From positions 512,001 through 576,000 of the forward strand of contig CAWBMV010000034.1 of the NCBI GenBank assembly GCA_963789955.1: a stretch of 64,000 nt of DNA, read 5' to 3'. Below the pieces are notes generated by a model that was not told where the DNA came from, ran no database searches, and worked only from the letters and a program-made list of their open reading frames with translations. The DNA is from an uncultured Candidatus Rokubacteria bacterium. Lineage in GTDB: Bacteria > Methylomirabilota > Methylomirabilia > Rokubacteriales > CSP1-6. Shown in pieces: positions 57,048 through 64,000 of the stretch; the first letter of the stretch is position 1; every line of letters begins with the position of its first letter. A program made the translations under genes and the position numbers.

Positions 57048-57958
57048 CGGAGCAGAGCTCGTTCACGATCGTCGATGGTGGGCGCGTGACCGCGGTCGGC
57101 GAGGCCGAGGGCGCCGCGCTCGCGAAGCAGGCCGAGACGTCGGGCCGCCCCGTGGCGGTCGACCTCGACGAGCGCGCCGCCTATCTCGGTATCAGCGCCG
57201 CCGAGCGGGCGAAGGCGCTGGCCTCGCTCGAGGCGCCGGACTTCACCTTGCCCGATCTCGACGGCCGCCCGCATTCGCTGTCAGCACAGCGTGGCAAGAA
57301 AGTTCTGCTGGTCGCCTATGCGTCGTGGTGAGGGTGCCGTCTCGACCTGCCGGTCTGGCAGGGTGTCTACGAGGAGCTGCGGGGACTCGGCTTCACGGTG
57401 ATCACGGTGGCGATCGACAAGAGCGCCGATGACGCGCGGCCGTGGATCGAGGCGGCGAACCCGACCCATCCGTCGCTCATCGACACGACGCACGTGATCG
57501 CGGATCTCTACAACATCGTCAACGTGCCGACGATCCTCTGGATCGACGAGCGCGGCCGTATCGTTCGCCCGAACGACGTCGCGTTCGGCACCGACACGTT
57601 CACGCACATCACCGGTCTCCGGGCCGCCACGCACCTCGCGGCGCTCCGCGCCTGGGTGCGCGGTGAGACGACGGTCTTGCCGGAGGCCCGCATTCGCGCG
57701 CTGCAGTCGTTGCCGACCGACGACGACCAGCGGGCGCGCGCCGAGTTCGGGCTCGGCGAGTGGCTGTTCAATCGGGGACGAACCGAGGCGGCCGCACGCC
57801 ATTTCGCGAAGGCCGGCGAGCTGGCGCCTCACGACTTCACGATCCGACGCGGGACGATGCCCATGCGCGGGATCGATCCGATGGGCCCGCAGTTCCGCGA
57901 GATGCTCGGCGCGTGGGTCAAGGCAGGGAACCCTTACTATCGACCGTTGGCGGAGTGA
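57044..57958 (+). CDS. Thioredoxin-fold (TlpA/ResA/AhpC-TSA-like) selenoprotein with in-frame UGA
   Basis: APDFTLPDLDG...GKKVLLVAYASW-UGA-GCRLDL continues in frame into ORF 57398..57958 (NVPT..WIDE.G.IVR). Confidence 0.85.
57332..57368 (+). promoter_or_regulatory. Putative bacterial SECIS element
   Basis: CCTGCC-GGTCT-GGCAGG hairpin (57346-57362); its loop begins 20 nt after the UGA. Confidence 0.65.
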
Positions 57959-57960
57959 CC

Positions 57961-58953
57961 ATGGGAATGCTCGACGGAAAAACAGCGCTGGTGACGGGGG
58001 CCGGACGTGGGATCGGGCGCGGGATCGCGCTCGCGCTGGCCGCGGCGGGGGCGAAGGTGGTCGTCAACGACCTCGGCGCGTCCTTGAGCGGTGAGGGCAA
58101 GGAGAACACGCCCGCGCAGACGGTGGTCGACGAGATCGTGAAGTACGGCGGGACCGCGAAGGCCAACTACGGCTCGGTGGCCGACTTCGGCCAGGCCGCG
58201 GCGATGGTGCAGCAGGCCATCGACTCGTGGGGCCGCATCGACATCGTCGTGCACGTGGCCGGCATCCTGCGCGACCGGATGATCTTCAACATGACCGAGG
58301 ACGAGTGGGACGCGGTGATCAACGTGCACCTCAAGGGCATGTTCAACGTCGTCCGCGCGGCCTCGGTCTCGATGCGCGAGCAGAAGAGCGGCCGCATCAT
58401 CAGCATGTCGTCGGTGTCCGCCCTCGGCGCGCCCGGGCAGCCCAACTACGCCGCCGCGAAGGCCGGGATCATCGGGCTCACCTGGTCCACCGCCAACGCG
58501 ATGGCGAAATACGGCGTGACCGTGAACGCGATCATGCCGAGCGGCGCCACCCGCATGATCGACTCGACGCCGCGCGGCCGGGCGGTCTTCGAGCAGACCG
58601 GCAAGTGGCCGAGCGAGCAGGCCGTGGGGACCGATCGTGATCCCGACAACGTCGCGCCGATCGTGGTCTACCTGTCGAGCGATGCCGCCGCGAACGTCAA
58701 CGGGCAGGTCTTCCACGCACGCGGCTTCGGCTACACCTTGCTCGCCCAGCCCCACGCGGTGCGCCACATCAAGCACCAGCGCCGCTGGGATCCCGAAGAG
58801 CTGACCAAGCTCTTCCCGGAGACTCTCGGCGGCAATCTCAAGCAGCCGCCGAGCATCGAGTTCGGTCAGAAGATCGACGAGCGCCCGGCCGACGAGTGGC
58901 GCGATCTCGGCGGCGGCCGGCGCTTCTGGAAGTCCCGGTACGAGGAGCCGTGA
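57961..58953 (+). CDS. SDR oxidoreductase (3-hydroxyacyl-CoA dehydrogenase-like)
   Basis: TGAGRGIG, VVNDLG, AGILRD, GQPNYAAAK. Confidence 0.9.
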   Translation: MGMLDGKTALVTGAGRGIGRGIALALAAAGAKVVVNDLGASLSGEGKENTPAQTVVDEIVKYGGTAKANYGSVADFGQAAAMVQQAIDSWGRIDIVVHVAGILRDRMIFNMTEDEWDAVINVHLKGMFNVVRAASVSMREQKSGRIISMSSVSALGAPGQPNYAAAKAGIIGLTWSTANAMAKYGVTVNAIMPSGATRMIDSTPRGRAVFEQTGKWPSEQAVGTDRDPDNVAPIVVYLSSDAAANVNGQVFHARGFGYTLLAQPHAVRHIKHQRRWDPEELTKLFPETLGGNLKQPPSIEFGQKIDERPADEWRDLGGGRRFWKSRYEEP

Positions 58954-59432
58954 AAACAGTCCTGATGGTGTGCCACGCCAACACCGCTCGGAGCGTCATG
59001 GCCCAGCTGCTGCTGGAGCGGATGTTGGCGCGGCACGGCGCCGACGGCGCCATTCGTGTTCGGTCGGGAGGGATCGCGAACTACGCCCGTGACGGCATGA
59101 TCGCCTCGCTCGACGCGCGTCTGGCGCTCCGCGACGAGGGCATCCAGCTCGGCGAGAACGACTTCGTCTCGACCGACCTCCGCCGCCACCGCGATCACCT
59201 CGCGGGAGCGGACCTCATCCTGACGATGACCGTGCTCCAGAAGCAGATGCTGGCGGCCTTCGACGAGGTCCGCGACCGGCCGGTGTTCACGTTGCGGGAG
59301 TTCGTCGGCGAGGAGGGCGACATCGACGACCCGGCCACCCAGGGCGAGGACGTCTTCCGCGCTTGCCGCGACGAGATCAAGCGCTGCCTGGAAAAGTCGG
59401 TCCCGCGCTTGCTGGTGCTATTGTCGGGGTGA
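58950..59432 (+). CDS. Low-molecular-weight protein phosphatase family protein
   Basis: MVCHANTARS (CX5R), DLILTM, DIDDP. Confidence 0.85.
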   Translation: MKTVLMVCHANTARSVMAQLLLERMLARHGADGAIRVRSGGIANYARDGMIASLDARLALRDEGIQLGENDFVSTDLRRHRDHLAGADLILTMTVLQKQMLAAFDEVRDRPVFTLREFVGEEGDIDDPATQGEDVFRACRDEIKRCLEKSVPRLLVLLSG

Positions 59433-59469
59433 AGCGGGGGACCCCGATGATTGACGGCAGGGCCCGCGG

Positions 59470-62375
<2,906 letters not shown>

Positions 62376-62391
<16 letters not shown>

Positions 62392-62759
62392 TCCTGATCG
62401 TCGAGGACAACGAGAAGAACCTGAAGCTGGTGCGCGACGTGCTCCAGTACAAGGGCTACCAGACGATCGAGGCCGGGACCGGCGAGGACGGGGTGCGCCT
62501 GGCCAAGGCGCGAATTCCCGACCTGGTCCTGATGGACATCCAGCTCCCGGGCATGGACGGCATCACGGCGCTCGGACAGCTCCGCGCCGACCCGGCGACC
62601 CGGGCGATCCCGGTGATCGCGGTGACCGCCTCGGCCATGACCCACGACCGCAAGAAGATCATGGCGGCCGGCTTCGACGGCTATCAGAGCAAGCCGATCA
62701 AGGTGAAGGAGTTCATGGACGCGGTCCGCGAGATGCTCGATCGGCGGAGCGGAGCGTAG
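62376..62759 (+). CDS. Single-domain response regulator
   Basis: MANELILIVEDN, LMDIQLPGMDG, VTA, KP. Confidence 0.92.
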
Positions 62760-62765
62760 CGCGCG

Positions 62766-63890
62766 ATGCCCGAGAAGATTCTCGTCGTCGACGACGTGGC
62801 CGTCAACGTCAAGCTGCTGGCCGACCTGCTGGCGGTCAAGGGCTACACCGTCGTCACGGCGGCCAGCGGCGCCGAGGCGCTCGAGAAGATCGACAAGGAG
62901 CAGCCCGGCCTCGTCCTGCTCGACGTGATGATGCCCGGGATGAGCGGCTACGACGTGTGCCGGAAGATCAGACAGAACACGGCGACGGCGATGCTGCCGG
63001 TCATCATGGTGACGGCGCTCGATCCCACGCAGGAGCGGGTGAAGGGCATCGAGGCCGGCGCCGACGACTTCCTGACCAAGCCCATCAACCAGCCCGAGCT
63101 GCTCGCCCGGGTGAAGTCCCTGCTCCGGATCAAGCTGCTCCACGACGAGCTCGCCGACTGGAATCGCACGCTCGAGCAGCGGGTCGAGCAGCAGCTCGCC
63201 CAGCTCGATCGCCTCGAGCGGCTCAAGCGCTTCTTCTCGCCGCAGCTCGCCGAGCTGATCGTGAGCGGCGACACCGAGGATCCGCTGAAGAGCCACCGGC
63301 GCGAGATCACGGTGGTGTTCCTGGACCTGCGCGGCTTCACCGCCTTCGCCGAGACCTCCGAGCCCGAGGAGGTCATGGGCGTGCTGCGCGAGTACCACGT
63401 CGCGATGGGCCGGCTGATCCTCGAGCACGAGGGCACGCTCGAGCGGTTCACCGGCGACGGGATGATGATCTTCTTCAACGACCCGGTGCCGGTGCCGGAC
63501 GCGCCGGAGCGCGCGGTGCGGATGGCGGTGGCGATGCGCGAACGGGTCGACGAGCTGCTCGTGAAGTGGCACAAGCGCGGCTACGAGCTCGACTTCGGCA
63601 TCGGCATCGCGCAGGGCTACGCGACGATCGGCGCGATCGGATTCGAGGGCCGCATGGACTACGGCGCGATCGGCACCGTGACCAACCTGGCCGCGCGGCT
63701 CTGCGGCGAGGCCAAGCCGCGGCAGATCCTCGTCTCGCAGCGTGTGATGGGCGCGGTCGACGCGCTGGTCGAGGTGGAAGAGCTCGGCGGGCTCGCCTTG
63801 AAGGGCTTCTCGAAGCCCGTGCCCGCCTTCAACGTGCTCAGATTTTCCGGTTCCGTCCCGCCCAGTAGGGATCGCGCAGCAGGCGCTTGA
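62766..63890 (+). CDS. Receiver-domain class III nucleotide cyclase
   Basis: REC domain (LLDVMMPG), then VFLDLRGFT, FTGDG, IGTVTNLAARL. Confidence 0.92.
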   Translation: MPEKILVVDDVAVNVKLLADLLAVKGYTVVTAASGAEALEKIDKEQPGLVLLDVMMPGMSGYDVCRKIRQNTATAMLPVIMVTALDPTQERVKGIEAGADDFLTKPINQPELLARVKSLLRIKLLHDELADWNRTLEQRVEQQLAQLDRLERLKRFFSPQLAELIVSGDTEDPLKSHRREITVVFLDLRGFTAFAETSEPEEVMGVLREYHVAMGRLILEHEGTLERFTGDGMMIFFNDPVPVPDAPERAVRMAVAMRERVDELLVKWHKRGYELDFGIGIAQGYATIGAIGFEGRMDYGAIGTVTNLAARLCGEAKPRQILVSQRVMGAVDALVEVEELGGLALKGFSKPVPAFNVLRFSGSVPPSRDRAAGA

Positions 63891-64000
63891 TGAGCTTGCC
63901 GGCGGTGTCGCGCGGAAAATCAGCGGGGAACGACACCTCCCGCGGCACCTTGTAGTCCGCCAGGTGCCGCCGCGCGAAGGCGCGGAGCTCGTCGGCCGTG
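63838..64000 (-). CDS. C-terminus of an AMP-binding acyl-CoA synthetase (partial)
   Basis: Reverse strand reads ...LADYKVPREVSF...FPRDTAGKLIKRLLRDPYW...KI*. Confidence 0.85.
   Translation of the reverse strand, partial: TADELRAFARRHLADYKVPREVSFPADFPRDTAGKLIKRLLRDPYWAGRNRKI

Noticed and set aside
63838..63890. 53-bp convergent overlap of the cyclase and acyl-CoA synthetase genes
   Set aside because: Short 3' overlaps are common in GC-rich genomes, and this one may result from an indel.

Overview
GC-rich bacterial chromosomal segment. The gene mix (Liv-type ABC transporter, paired acyl-CoA dehydrogenases, Cache-GAF kinase with a REC-cyclase) suggests a soil or sediment lineage such as Ca. Rokubacteria/Methylomirabilota, but that is inference only. 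Many genes carry single-base frameshifts, most likely long-read consensus errors. Left to right: a partial caa3-type cytochrome c oxidase, catabolic and transport genes (M20 amidohydrolase, ACAD pair, a small BoxB/PaaA-like diiron protein with thioesterase and Liv ABC transporter, puuD/ggt), a GT2 + GT-C glycosylation pair, and a proteostasis cluster (ftsH-degP-dnaJ-clpB). The centrepiece is an ~18 kb co-oriented respiratory cluster (30464-48579). It contains a CydA-like protein with no CydB, three c-type cytochromes (five CxxCH motifs, one fused to an EbdC/NxrC-like domain), two type-1 copper proteins, a second A1 heme-copper oxidase with ctaA/ctaB and two tiny membrane proteins, and a USP protein and a radical SAM enzyme that share a repeated PCP_red-like domain, followed by an Mrp ATPase. 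The right part holds a solo Cas4/RecB-like nuclease, a probable selenoprotein (in-frame UGA plus SECIS-like hairpin), SDRs and a kinase-receiver-cyclase module. Several REP/MITE-like inverted repeats and many apparently leaderless promoters are present. I saw no rRNA, tRNA, CRISPR array or transposase.
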